Assembly: GCA_048941285.1 (NCBI GenBank)
Contig: JBHLNS010000015.1
Span: forward strand, 21,763 to 59,442
DNA length: 37,680 bases
Direction of reading: 5' to 3'
Source: Promethearchaeota archaeon
GTDB taxonomy: Archaea > Asgardarchaeota > Lokiarchaeia > Sigyniarchaeales > SOKP01
Of the stretch, positions 26,638-36,755 are shown piece after piece. The notes beneath the pieces are model-generated. The model saw only the letters and a program-made list of their open reading frames with translations. It made no database searches and was not told the DNA's origin. The first letter of the stretch is position 1; the number at the start of each line of letters is the position of its first letter. Position numbers and translations under genes: made by a program.

Positions 26638-28350
26638 ATGGGTGATGAAAAAAAGAATTCTTATGCGGATAAACCTTGGTTAAAATCTTATTTTGTTGGG
26701 CCTTTTAAGCTCAAACATTCAATGGAACCTTATCCGAAGATTAATTTGTATCAATTTCTTGAAGATAGTGCTAAAAATTATCCTGATAATATATCATGCG
26801 TTTATGTTGATGATGAAATCACATACACAGAACTAAAATTGAAGGTAGATAAATTAGCAAATGCATATTTAGATTTAGGTTTAAGAAAAGGAGATAAAAT
26901 TGTATCTGTATTACCTTCTTGCCCGGAATTTATTTTGGTAGACTATGCAGCTCTTAAAATCGGAGCTGTTCATGTTCCATTAAGTATTCTGCACAAGACT
27001 GATGATTTAGTTCATGAAATAAAAGAAAGTGGAGCAAAAACAGTTGTTTGTTCCTATAGACGTCTTAAACGTATTGATGAAGTAAAAAATGAAGTTGAAA
27101 TTGACACTGTAATTTACACACCAACAAAAATATTTCCTGATTATAAATTACCTGACATGGAAGAAATCTCAACAGAAGGATATTATTCTCTCGGGAATTT
27201 ATTAGAGAAATATGATCCTCTTGAAAAGACCGTAGAGGTGAACCCCATTGAAGATATTGCTCTTTTACCTTTTACGGGTGGTACAACGGGGCTTCCAAAG
27301 GGTACTATGCTAACTCATTATAACATTACAACTAATGTGATTCAAGTGATTCATTGGATGATGGATCCGATAAAAGCTGGTATAATTGGAAAAGCTGCTG
27401 CGGTAGTTTGTGTTCCTATTTTCCATGCTTACGGCCATATTGCTATTCATGCTTGTATTTCATGGGGTCTCAAAATATTTTTAATGGATCCAAGAGATAT
27501 GATCAGAATTGTAGCATCGATAAAGAAATATCGTCCTTTTATGGTAACTGCAGTTCCAGCTCATTATATAAGATTCTTGCAATTAGATATACCTAAAGCG
27601 CCGATTTTTTATTTATCTGGGGCCGCACCTATACCTGAAGATGTTGTCGGTCATTTTGAGAATAAAACCGGCATTCCAATGGGTGAAGGATACGGTGCTA
27701 CAGAGACTACAGCTGTGGCAACAGTTAATATATCACCCCTTTCGAAAGTTACTGGTATTATGCTAAAAAAGAAAACTGGTGTAGGTGTACCATTACCTGA
27801 TACGGAAGTAAAAATAGTAGATCCAGAAACAGAAGAAGAGGTTCCATTTGGAGAATCTGGGGAAATTTGGGTTCGTGGTCCCCAACTAATGAAAGGATAT
27901 TGGCCCACACCAAAAAAGGGTTTAACTGAAGATGGTTGGCTAAGGATGGGTGATATTGGGAGAATGGACGAAGATGGCTATTTTTACATAGAAGATCGTA
28001 TAAAAGATATGATTAATGTATCTGGTAATAAAGTGTATTCTAGAGTTCTTGATGATATTTTACATGAACATCCAGCTGTTAGAGTCGCAGGAGTAATTGG
28101 GATCCCTGATCCAGAACGTCCCGGCAGTGAAAGAGTAAAAGCATTCATATCACTCAATAGAGAATATGAAGGCAAAATTTCTGAACAGGATATAATTGAT
28201 TATTTGAAAGATAAAGTTAAACCTTATGCAGTACCAAAGAGTGTAGAATTTAAAAATGATCTACCTCTAACAATGGTTATGAAACTTTTTAAGAGAAAGC
28301 TTAGAGATGAAGAAATCGCCAAGATGAAAGAAAGAGGAGAAATTAAGTAA
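26638..28350 (+). CDS. Long-chain fatty-acid--CoA ligase (AMP-forming)
   Basis: FTGGTTGLPKG, EGYGATE, GEIWVRGPQLMKGYW, GDIG, DRIKDMI and PKSVEF. ATG 26638 follows GGTGA (track start TTG 26626). Confidence 0.9.
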   Translation: MGDEKKNSYADKPWLKSYFVGPFKLKHSMEPYPKINLYQFLEDSAKNYPDNISCVYVDDEITYTELKLKVDKLANAYLDLGLRKGDKIVSVLPSCPEFILVDYAALKIGAVHVPLSILHKTDDLVHEIKESGAKTVVCSYRRLKRIDEVKNEVEIDTVIYTPTKIFPDYKLPDMEEISTEGYYSLGNLLEKYDPLEKTVEVNPIEDIALLPFTGGTTGLPKGTMLTHYNITTNVIQVIHWMMDPIKAGIIGKAAAVVCVPIFHAYGHIAIHACISWGLKIFLMDPRDMIRIVASIKKYRPFMVTAVPAHYIRFLQLDIPKAPIFYLSGAAPIPEDVVGHFENKTGIPMGEGYGATETTAVATVNISPLSKVTGIMLKKKTGVGVPLPDTEVKIVDPETEEEVPFGESGEIWVRGPQLMKGYWPTPKKGLTEDGWLRMGDIGRMDEDGYFYIEDRIKDMINVSGNKVYSRVLDDILHEHPAVRVAGVIGIPDPERPGSERVKAFISLNREYEGKISEQDIIDYLKDKVKPYAVPKSVEFKNDLPLTMVMKLFKRKLRDEEIAKMKERGEIK

Positions 28351-28484
28351 AAATCAAAAATTATAAAACATTTTTTATTTTTAAAAGAAAAACGAAGTAT
28401 TTATTGAAATCTTAATTAAAAAAAATATACAATTAAAAACCAAATAAAATAATAAGTAAATAAAATTTTTCAAAAGTGATAAAA

Positions 28485-28907
28485 ATGAAATTTGGATCAC
28501 CAGAATGGGCTAAAGCGTATTGTAAAGCAATTAACGAAAATCCAAATTATAAAGATGCAGCTGGACCCGAAGGATTTCCACCTAATGGATGGGAAGGTGA
28601 TTTTCTCTTTATTGTAGAACCGTCTGGAAACCTAGATCATGAACTTAGAATGTTTGTAGGTCTTTACCATGGTGAATGCACAGGAGCTAGAGTAGTTGAA
28701 AAGGGAGAAGAAGTTGACGTAGAATACGTTTATTCAGGACCTTATGATGCTTGGGTGCAAGTTCTAAAGAAGGAATTGGATCCGATTCGTGGCTTACTCG
28801 CCGGAAAATTTAAACTTCAAGGTGATATGTCTAAAGTTTTAAAAGCTACAAGGGCAGCACAAGAACTAGTTGTTTCTACAACAATGATAGACACTGAATT
28901 TTATTAA
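28485..28907 (+). CDS. SCP2 sterol/lipid-binding domain protein
   Basis: FGSPEW..., HGECTGA and GPYDAWVQVLKKELDPIRGLLAGKFKLQGDM. ATG 28485 follows AGTGA. Confidence 0.85.
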   Translation: MKFGSPEWAKAYCKAINENPNYKDAAGPEGFPPNGWEGDFLFIVEPSGNLDHELRMFVGLYHGECTGARVVEKGEEVDVEYVYSGPYDAWVQVLKKELDPIRGLLAGKFKLQGDMSKVLKATRAAQELVVSTTMIDTEFY

Positions 28908-28972
28908 AATAATGAACTTCTAATTAATTTTTTTCTTTTTAATTAATACTTAAATATTATATAAAATTAAAA

Positions 28973-29782
28973 ATGGTTAGAAATACTACTAATTTATTCG
29001 AATTAACAAGGAAACAAGCCTATTTTTTTGATTTAGATGGTACAGTTTATTTAGGAGATTCACTATTTCAAGGAGTTCCTAAATTAATTGAAGTATTAAA
29101 AAAATATAAGAAATATTTTTTTTTTCTTTCAAATAATTCAAGTATGTCCACAGAAGACTACTTAAAAAAATTAAATAAATTTAATCTTCCCGTAAATCGA
29201 GAAAATCTTATTTTATCGCAACATCCTACAATAGATTATCTTAAAAAAAATGACTTTCATAAACTATTTTTGTTAGGTACTCAATCTCTTAAAAATGAAT
29301 TTAGATTTGAAGGATTTGAATTAACAGAAGAAGATCCGGAGATAATAGTTCTTGCATTTGACCAAGAACTAACTTATAACCGTTTAATGAAAGCTGCTTA
29401 CATAATTCAAAAGAAGAATTTTCCATATATCGCTACGCATCTTGACAACAGATGCCCTACTGAACATGGATATATTCCAGACGCAGGAGGGATAGCTGCA
29501 CTTCTTTACAAAGCTACCGAAAGAATGCCTAAGGTATTTGGAAAACCAAATAAAGAAATGCTTCTTTTTAAGTTAAAAAGTTTAAATATATCACCTAAGA
29601 ATGCTATTATTTTTGGAGACCGTCTTTATACAGACATAAAAATGGGGATCGAAGCGGGAATAACTACATGTTGTGTTTTATCGGGAGAAACAACCATAGA
29701 AGCTATAAGGATGAGTAAATTTAAACCAAATTTTATTATAAATGGAATTTGGGAGTTAATTGATGTTTTTAATAAGAAATAA
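28973..29782 (+). CDS. HAD-IIA family hydrolase (NagD-like phosphatase)
   Basis: DLDGT, LSNNS, GKP, GDRLYTDI and VLSGET. Confidence 0.92.
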   Translation: MVRNTTNLFELTRKQAYFFDLDGTVYLGDSLFQGVPKLIEVLKKYKKYFFFLSNNSSMSTEDYLKKLNKFNLPVNRENLILSQHPTIDYLKKNDFHKLFLLGTQSLKNEFRFEGFELTEEDPEIIVLAFDQELTYNRLMKAAYIIQKKNFPYIATHLDNRCPTEHGYIPDAGGIAALLYKATERMPKVFGKPNKEMLLFKLKSLNISPKNAIIFGDRLYTDIKMGIEAGITTCCVLSGETTIEAIRMSKFKPNFIINGIWELIDVFNKK

Positions 29783-29948
29783 ATGAATTAAACTTTAGTC
29801 TTTATCTATTTTTCGAAAATTTTATTTCAATAGAGAAACTTTACTATTATAAGAAATGTATTACAAGTCATCTAAGTAAAATATAAAAATTAAGAGTGTT
29901 GTTTTTATTTTATCTAGTTGATGATTATTAAGATTTTGGTATAGAAAC

Positions 29949-32642
29949 ATGACTACTACTGAAAATAAAAAATATGTCTATGATTTTAAAGAGGGAAACA
30001 AAGATCTTAAAAATCTGCTTGGTGGAAAGGGAGCCAATCTGGCAGAAATGACCCAATTAGGCCTTAGTATACCACCCGGCTTCACAATAACAACTGAAGC
30101 TTGTTTAATCTATTTTGTAAAGCCAAAGAAAATAATGGAAGATTTGAAACCTTCTATTATGGGACACCTAAAGAACTTAGAGGAAAATACAGGGAAGAAG
30201 TTCGGTGATAATAAAAACCCTTTATTAGTATCTGTTCGCTCCGGAGCACCCATGAGTATGCCTGGTATGATGGACACAGTTCTCAATTTGGGTTTAAATG
30301 ATGATAGCGTCTTAGGATTAGCTGAACAAACGGGAAATCCCCGATTTGCGTACGATTCTTATCGTAGATTCATCCAAATGTTTGGAGATGTAGTAATGGG
30401 AATTGGGGATGAAAAATTCGAGAGAGTATTGGATAAATATAAAAGAGCAATAGGACGTAAAGCTCAAGATACCGATTTAGAAGTAACAGATTTACAAAAA
30501 ATAATTGCTGATTACAAAGCATTATACGAAAAAGAGATTGGAAAACCTTTTCCTCAAGATCCATTAAATCAACTTTTTCTTGCGATAGAAGCAGTATTTA
30601 AATCTTGGAATAATAGAAGAGCTATAACGTATAGAAAAATAAATAATATTCCCGATTTTGGGACTGCCGTCAATATTCAAGCAATGGTGTTTGGAAATAA
30701 AGGTTGGAATTCTGCTACTGGAGTTGCGTTTACTAGAGATCCATCGACGGGAGAAAATATTAAATTCGGGGAATATTTAGCAAACGCTCAAGGAGAAGAT
30801 GTTGTTGCAGGTATAAGAACTCCTAAAAAGCTTGAAGAAATGAAGGATGAATTCCCGAAGATCTATAAGCAATTGATTAAAACAATGGATAATTTAGAAA
30901 AACACTACAGAGATATGCAAGATATTGAATTTACGATTGAAGACGGAAAACTAAATATTTTACAAACACGCAATGGAAAAAGGACACCTTCAGCAGCAGT
31001 TAAAATTGCAGTTGATATGGTTAAAGAAGGTCTAATTTCTAAAGAAGAAGCAATCATGAGTATAGATCCAAAAAAGGTTTCTAAACTGTTGTTTAAGAGT
31101 ATTGATGAAAATTCAATTGTTCATGTTTTAGCTCACGGTATTAATGCATCTCCAGGAGCTGTTTCTGGAATAGCTGTTTTTGATTCTGATAGAGCTGAAG
31201 CGATGGCAAATCAAGAGCATAAGGAGATAATTCTTGTTCGACCTCAAACAAAACCTGAAGATGTACATGGTCTGTATGCTTCAAGTGGTGTATTAACTCA
31301 ATTTGGTGGAAAAACATCACATGCAGCAGTAGTAGCAAGAGGGATGGGTAAACCCGCTGTTGTAGGTGCTCAAGATGTTGAAATAGATGAGGAAAATAAA
31401 GAATTTAGGGTAGCTGAAATGGTGGTACAAGAAGGTGACTGGATCACTATAGATGGAACGACTGGACGTATTATTGAAGGAAAGGTTCCATTAGTTGAGC
31501 CGGTAATTAAAGGTGAGTTTCTAGAATTGTTAAAGATGGCGGATGACATGAAAACTTTGGGTGTAAGAGCTAATGCAGATACTCCAATTGATGCTCGAAA
31601 AGCAATAGAATTTGGTGCCGAGGGAATTGGGCTTACTAGAACAGAACATATGTTCATGGCCCAAGAGAGATTGCCGGTTGTGCAGAATATGATAATGGCG
31701 AGAACAACCGAGGAACGTCAGGATGCTCTTAATAAGATATTGCCAATGCAAAAAGGGGATTTTATGGAAATATTTAAAATCATGGAAGGAAAGCCAGTGA
31801 CCATTCGATTATTAGATCCTCCATTACATGAGTTTCTACCTGAGTTATCTACAGTATTATTAGAAAGTCAAGAGCTTAAGATGACAAATGCATTATCAAG
31901 ATCTTTATTAGAAACAAGCCCTTTAGATGATGAAATTAAGAAAAAGAGTAAAGTCATCTCTTTAATTAGGTCTTTATCAGAAGAAAATCCAATGATGGGT
32001 TTAAGAGGTTGCCGACTTGGAATTGTCTGGCCTGAAATCAATGAAATGCAGGTCAAGGCAATATTTCAGGCGGCTTGTGAACTTAAACTCAAAGGTATTA
32101 ATGTCATTCCCGAAGTTATGATTCCTCTTGTGGGAATGATATCTGAATTACAATATGTAAAGGCACAATTAATGGAGGTAGCTTTAGATACGATTAAAAA
32201 TTACAAAGTAGATTTAGAGTATAAATTCGGTACAATGATAGAAATTCCCAGAGCTGCATTAACAGCAGATGAAATTGCTATTGAAGCAGAATTTTTCTCT
32301 TTTGGTACAAATGATTTAACTCAGATGACATATGGTTTCTCACGAGACGATGCTGAAGGAAAGTTTCTTCCAATCTACTTGAATAAAGAAATTCTAGAAA
32401 ATAATCCCTTTGAGATTCTCGACCAAGACGGTGTTGGAAAGTTAATGAAATTAGCTATTGAATTAGGTAAAAAAACTAGACCTGATTTGAAATTAGGAGT
32501 TTGCGGAGAACATGGAGGTGAACCTAGCTCAATTAAATTTGCACATTCCATTGGACTTGATTATGTATCATGCTCTCCTTTCAGAATACCAGTTGCCCGT
32601 ATTGCAGCTGCTCAAGCTGCTATTGAAGAAAAAGCAAAATAA
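29949..32642 (+). CDS. ppdK: Pyruvate, phosphate dikinase
   Basis: LGGKGANLAEM, SVRSGA, MPGMMDT, NAQGEDVVAG, phospho-His motif GGKTSHAAVVARG, RTEHMF, GTNDLTQ and CGEHGG. Confidence 0.97.
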   Translation: MTTTENKKYVYDFKEGNKDLKNLLGGKGANLAEMTQLGLSIPPGFTITTEACLIYFVKPKKIMEDLKPSIMGHLKNLEENTGKKFGDNKNPLLVSVRSGAPMSMPGMMDTVLNLGLNDDSVLGLAEQTGNPRFAYDSYRRFIQMFGDVVMGIGDEKFERVLDKYKRAIGRKAQDTDLEVTDLQKIIADYKALYEKEIGKPFPQDPLNQLFLAIEAVFKSWNNRRAITYRKINNIPDFGTAVNIQAMVFGNKGWNSATGVAFTRDPSTGENIKFGEYLANAQGEDVVAGIRTPKKLEEMKDEFPKIYKQLIKTMDNLEKHYRDMQDIEFTIEDGKLNILQTRNGKRTPSAAVKIAVDMVKEGLISKEEAIMSIDPKKVSKLLFKSIDENSIVHVLAHGINASPGAVSGIAVFDSDRAEAMANQEHKEIILVRPQTKPEDVHGLYASSGVLTQFGGKTSHAAVVARGMGKPAVVGAQDVEIDEENKEFRVAEMVVQEGDWITIDGTTGRIIEGKVPLVEPVIKGEFLELLKMADDMKTLGVRANADTPIDARKAIEFGAEGIGLTRTEHMFMAQERLPVVQNMIMARTTEERQDALNKILPMQKGDFMEIFKIMEGKPVTIRLLDPPLHEFLPELSTVLLESQELKMTNALSRSLLETSPLDDEIKKKSKVISLIRSLSEENPMMGLRGCRLGIVWPEINEMQVKAIFQAACELKLKGINVIPEVMIPLVGMISELQYVKAQLMEVALDTIKNYKVDLEYKFGTMIEIPRAALTADEIAIEAEFFSFGTNDLTQMTYGFSRDDAEGKFLPIYLNKEILENNPFEILDQDGVGKLMKLAIELGKKTRPDLKLGVCGEHGGEPSSIKFAHSIGLDYVSCSPFRIPVARIAAAQAAIEEKAK

Positions 32643-32800
32643 GCATTATCATTAATTGTATTTAAAATTCACTTTATTACCTTCTCGTATTTTAAATTTA
32701 ATACGTTATAATCTTAAAAAATATTTAAAAAAAGTTTGAAGCCCTATGGAATAAATTAAGAATGTAGATAAATTGTAATCTTTTATAATAATCTTTCATT

Positions 32801-33349
32801 ATGAGAGACGTGTTATCCAAATTAAAACCTTCAATGAGGGAAATCCTTATAGTTTATGGAACAGGATTAATAATCACTATTCTATCAATAACATTTTTCT
32901 CTATTAGAGGTTATCCCTTAGTTAGTACTGCTATTGAAATATTACCATTCTCCACACCTCCAATTTATATGATTCCAATCTTTCTTCCTTATGGAATTTT
33001 AGTAGGAGAGGTAATTTGGCTTTGGAATGAGCAAAAAGATAAATATTTTTACATATTATTATTTATTGAAACCATTATCATCGGAGTATTTTCTTTTTTT
33101 CGTTATATTATAAACATACCACTTAGTGGTCATGCGATAATATTGCTTTTTTATTTATTTCATCAAATTGTGAATAATCGATTTAGCTATTCGATAAGAA
33201 TTTTGATTGGAATAGGGGTTCTTATTATAACAATGATCTATAAATTATATCTGTGGAACGATCCTGTTACTTTTTTACTTGGTGCTCTATTAGGGATCTT
33301 GTTATGGTTTCCAGGATTTTTGTATCGATTAAAAATTGTTAAAAGGTAA
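32801..33349 (+). CDS. Multi-pass membrane protein, possibly a degenerate PAP2-like fold
   Basis: About 6 hydrophobic segments; PLSGHA and KLYLWNDPVTFLLGALLG resemble the PAP2 C2 and C3 regions. Confidence 0.55.
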   Translation: MRDVLSKLKPSMREILIVYGTGLIITILSITFFSIRGYPLVSTAIEILPFSTPPIYMIPIFLPYGILVGEVIWLWNEQKDKYFYILLFIETIIIGVFSFFRYIINIPLSGHAIILLFYLFHQIVNNRFSYSIRILIGIGVLIITMIYKLYLWNDPVTFLLGALLGILLWFPGFLYRLKIVKR

Positions 33350-33489
33350 TGGTATAAATTCTGATATTTATCGTAAGGAATTTCAATATAAATTATATTA
33401 CTCTTTATTAAAAGTGAATTTCTAAAATCCATAAATGTTATATCAATCTAATAATTACCTAATTTATATATTATTTAGTGAATGATAAT

Positions 33490-34593
33490 ATGGCTTTAAC
33501 TTTAGATGAAAAAGTCTCTTTATTAGAGGAAGTCGGCGAAGAAATTATCAATTTAGATGAGTTAAGAGAAATGATTAATTGGAAAGTTGATCATAATAAG
33601 AAGATTTATGCTTATGATGGTTTTGAACCTTCGGGAAATATTCACATTGCTCAAGGACTTTTAAGATCTATTAATGTAAATAAAATAACAAAAGCAGGGA
33701 TTTTTTTTAAGTTTCTGGTGGCTGATTGGCATGCTGCTGCTAATAAGAAGTTTGGTGGTAATTTAGAAGTTATTAAAAAAGTAGGAGACTTTTTCATAGA
33801 AGTTTGGAAAGTATGTGGAATGGATTTAAGTAAGATTGAATTTATTTATGCTTCAGATCTTGTGAAGGAAGATAAATATTGGGAGCTAGTCCTTAAGATA
33901 GGAATAGAAACAACTCTAAAAAGAGTTAAAAGATGTACTCAAATAATGGGGAGAAGTGAATCTGATAAACTCTATGCTTCACAAATTTTATACCCATTGA
34001 TGCAGTGCGCTGACATTTTTTATCTTCCTGCTGATATCTGTCAACTTGGTTTAGATCAAAGAAAGGTAAATATGTTGGCAAGAGAGGTTGCAAAAAAACT
34101 TAATAAACCTAAACCAGTAGCGATTCATCATCATATGTTAATGGGTTTGAATAAACCACCATCTACCGATTTGACAGGAGTTGATAGAACGATAGAAATT
34201 AAAATGTCTAAATCTGATCCAGATTCTTCAATATTTATGCTAGATTCTCCTGAAGATGTAAAACGTAAGATAAATAAAGCATATTGTCCCCCTAAACAGA
34301 TTAAAGAAAACCCTATTTTAGAATACTGTAGATATATCATATTTGAACTCGTAGATGTTGTTGAAATTGAACGTTCTGAAAAGTATGGTGGAAATATTAA
34401 ATACAATTCTTATGAAGAATTAGAAAGAGACTATGCCAATGGGAGCTTGAATCCACCGGATTTAAAACCTTCAGTTGTTAAATATCTTAACCAATTCTTA
34501 GCTCCCGTCATAATTCATTTTAAAAAAGATGAAGTGGCTAAAAAATTATACCAATTTGTTCAAAAAGAATATAAAAAATATAATGAATTTTAA
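33490..34593 (+). CDS. tyrS: Tyrosine--tRNA ligase (archaeal/eukaryotic type)
   Basis: YDGFEPSGNIHIAQG (HIGH-like), ADWHA, YPLMQCAD, DQRK, KMSKS and KAYCPP. ATG 33490 follows AGTGA (track start GTG 33478). Confidence 0.96.
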   Translation: MALTLDEKVSLLEEVGEEIINLDELREMINWKVDHNKKIYAYDGFEPSGNIHIAQGLLRSINVNKITKAGIFFKFLVADWHAAANKKFGGNLEVIKKVGDFFIEVWKVCGMDLSKIEFIYASDLVKEDKYWELVLKIGIETTLKRVKRCTQIMGRSESDKLYASQILYPLMQCADIFYLPADICQLGLDQRKVNMLAREVAKKLNKPKPVAIHHHMLMGLNKPPSTDLTGVDRTIEIKMSKSDPDSSIFMLDSPEDVKRKINKAYCPPKQIKENPILEYCRYIIFELVDVVEIERSEKYGGNIKYNSYEELERDYANGSLNPPDLKPSVVKYLNQFLAPVIIHFKKDEVAKKLYQFVQKEYKKYNEF

Positions 34594-34621
34594 ATAAGAA
34601 GACAAAGAAACAGGTATAACC

Positions 34622-36100
34622 TTGTCAAATAAAGAAGTGATTGATTTATTTTTAAATCCCAAATCTGTTGCTGTAATTGGTGCATCTAAAAATCTAACAA
34701 AAGGCGGCCATCGGATTGTTGATAACCTTGTTACAAATAATTTTAAAGGAAAAATTTATCCTATAAATCCTAACTCAGATGGAGAATTATTTGGTTTAGA
34801 GTTCAAGAAATCTGTTTTAGATATCGAAGAAGAAGTGGATCTTGCGGTATTTTATGTACCAAATATAAAAATTCCAACTATATTAGAAGAGTGTATTCAA
34901 AAAGGAATTAAAGGTGTTATTATTGAGGCTTCTGGATTTGAAGAAGTGGGGGAAAAAGGACTTGAGTTAAAAAACCAGATTTTACACATCACAGATAATT
35001 TCTCAAAAATTCGCATCCTCGGACCAAATTGCATGGGCCTTACAAGAATTGAAGAAAGCAGTGATTCAGAAGATAATAAAAAAGGTGGATTTTTCACTAG
35101 TTTTGCTGTTTTTAACAAATATAAGAGGGGAAATATTGCTATAATTAGCCAATCCGGTATGTTGAATGGTGGATATTTATTATATATGATGGAAAAATAT
35201 CCAGATTTAGGTATTAGATATTCATGCTCAATAGGTAACAAAATGGATCTAAGCGAAATTGAATTTCTAGAATACTTTTTGGAGGATCCTTCAGTTAATG
35301 TAATTGCAATATACCTTGAATCTTTTAAGAATCCAAGGAAATTCATTGAATTATGCAGAAAAACAAGAGATAAACCTGATAAGACAATTATATTTCTAAA
35401 AGGTGGTATAACTCTACAAGGTCAGAAAGCTACTTTAAGCCATACGGGAGCATTAGGAGAGAATTCTCAATTGATTAAAGCTATTATAAAACAAGCTGCA
35501 ATAATTCAAGCTAAAAGTTTTCATGAATTATTTCAGTTTGCTAGAACCTTTTCATTGACATATAATGAAAATAAACTTATGCCAAAAGAAGGAAATCTTT
35601 CTTTAATTACAGGTTCAGGTGGAGCAGGTACAATTGTAGCCGATATAACTTCAGAATTTGGCATGAAGTTCCCTATTTTTGGAGATAAAATATATGAGGC
35701 ACTTATAGAAATTTTTCCTAAATGGATGCCTCCAAACCGTTTTGCTCTTATCGATATTTGGCCAGCAATGGAGAAAGCAATGATGGATAATAAGAATCCT
35801 GGAGAAATCACCATTTCAGTTTATAAACTATTATTGAATGATGAAAAAATTGAAGGAATTCTGAATATGATGTTTTGCTCAAAACAATTTAGAGGTTTTA
35901 CCAATTATAAACTGGTGGTTGATAGCATCAATCATGTATCTAAACCAATATTTTTTTGGCTAATCGGGGAAGAAAAAGAAGTTCAAAAAGTATCACGATA
36001 CATGGCTGAACACAACATCCCAACATTTCCTAATTTAGAAGATATGATTAAAAACTTCTGGATTTTAGTTCAAGATTCAAAAAATAAGAATACTAGCTAA
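34622..36100 (+). CDS. NDP-forming acyl-CoA synthetase alpha subunit (CoA-binding protein)
   Basis: PKSVAVIGAS, YPINP, LGPNCMG, ISQSG, GNKMD, YLES, phospho-His motif SHTGAL and GSGGAG. No ATP-grasp domain. Confidence 0.85.
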   Translation: MSNKEVIDLFLNPKSVAVIGASKNLTKGGHRIVDNLVTNNFKGKIYPINPNSDGELFGLEFKKSVLDIEEEVDLAVFYVPNIKIPTILEECIQKGIKGVIIEASGFEEVGEKGLELKNQILHITDNFSKIRILGPNCMGLTRIEESSDSEDNKKGGFFTSFAVFNKYKRGNIAIISQSGMLNGGYLLYMMEKYPDLGIRYSCSIGNKMDLSEIEFLEYFLEDPSVNVIAIYLESFKNPRKFIELCRKTRDKPDKTIIFLKGGITLQGQKATLSHTGALGENSQLIKAIIKQAAIIQAKSFHELFQFARTFSLTYNENKLMPKEGNLSLITGSGGAGTIVADITSEFGMKFPIFGDKIYEALIEIFPKWMPPNRFALIDIWPAMEKAMMDNKNPGEITISVYKLLLNDEKIEGILNMMFCSKQFRGFTNYKLVVDSINHVSKPIFFWLIGEEKEVQKVSRYMAEHNIPTFPNLEDMIKNFWILVQDSKNKNTS

Positions 36101-36103
36101 TTT

Positions 36104-36739
36104 ATGATGATTAGAATATTATGCATTGGAGATGCTCACGTACCTGTTCGTGCCAAAGATCTATCTTTACTAATATATGATAAACTAAACGACTTAACAA
36201 AGAAAGAACTTTTTCATTATACTCTATTTACAGGGGATTTAATTAATTTTCCAAAATTAATTGATTTCTTGAACCAAAAAACTAAAGGAAGTCTATTTAA
36301 AGTAATTGGAAATATGGATTATTATTATGGTTATCGCGATTCACCTAATTATCAAAAATTAGAAATATCTTTCCAAGATAATGAAAAAATTACCTTAGGT
36401 CTAACACATGGAGCACAAGTAAGTCCTCGAGGGGACCACGATCAATTAGAACTTTTAGCTCTAGAGAAAAGCTATAATATTTTGGTTTCTGGCCACACAC
36501 ATAAAGAAGATATCTTTATAACAAAAAAGGGGGTACTATTAGTAAATCCTGGGAGTGTGACAGGTGCATGGTCTTTTGTAGCAAGTGGAATCCCTTCTTT
36601 TATTGAATTAGGTATAAATAATACAGAAAAGGAGATTATCATTAATCTTTTTCAAATTAATAAACAAAAAAGAGAAATTGAAGTTTTAAATTCTAATTTC
36701 TTTTTTAAAAATAACCAAGTTTATAAAAAAATTAATTGA
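36104..36739 (+). CDS. Vps29-like metallophosphoesterase (YfcE/MJ0936 family)
   Basis: GDAHVPVR, TGDL, GNMD, THGAQVSPRGD, SGHTHK, NPGSVTGAW and IPSF. Confidence 0.85.
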   Translation: MMIRILCIGDAHVPVRAKDLSLLIYDKLNDLTKKELFHYTLFTGDLINFPKLIDFLNQKTKGSLFKVIGNMDYYYGYRDSPNYQKLEISFQDNEKITLGLTHGAQVSPRGDHDQLELLALEKSYNILVSGHTHKEDIFITKKGVLLVNPGSVTGAWSFVASGIPSFIELGINNTEKEIIINLFQINKQKREIEVLNSNFFFKNNQVYKKIN

Positions 36740-36755
36740 ATATTGAAAAAATAAT

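Noticed and set aside
25429-35814. Short overlapping ORFs within aor, the CoA ligase, ppdK, the membrane protein, tyrS and the ACD alpha gene
   Set aside because: Mostly antisense or alternative-frame shadows of well-supported genes.
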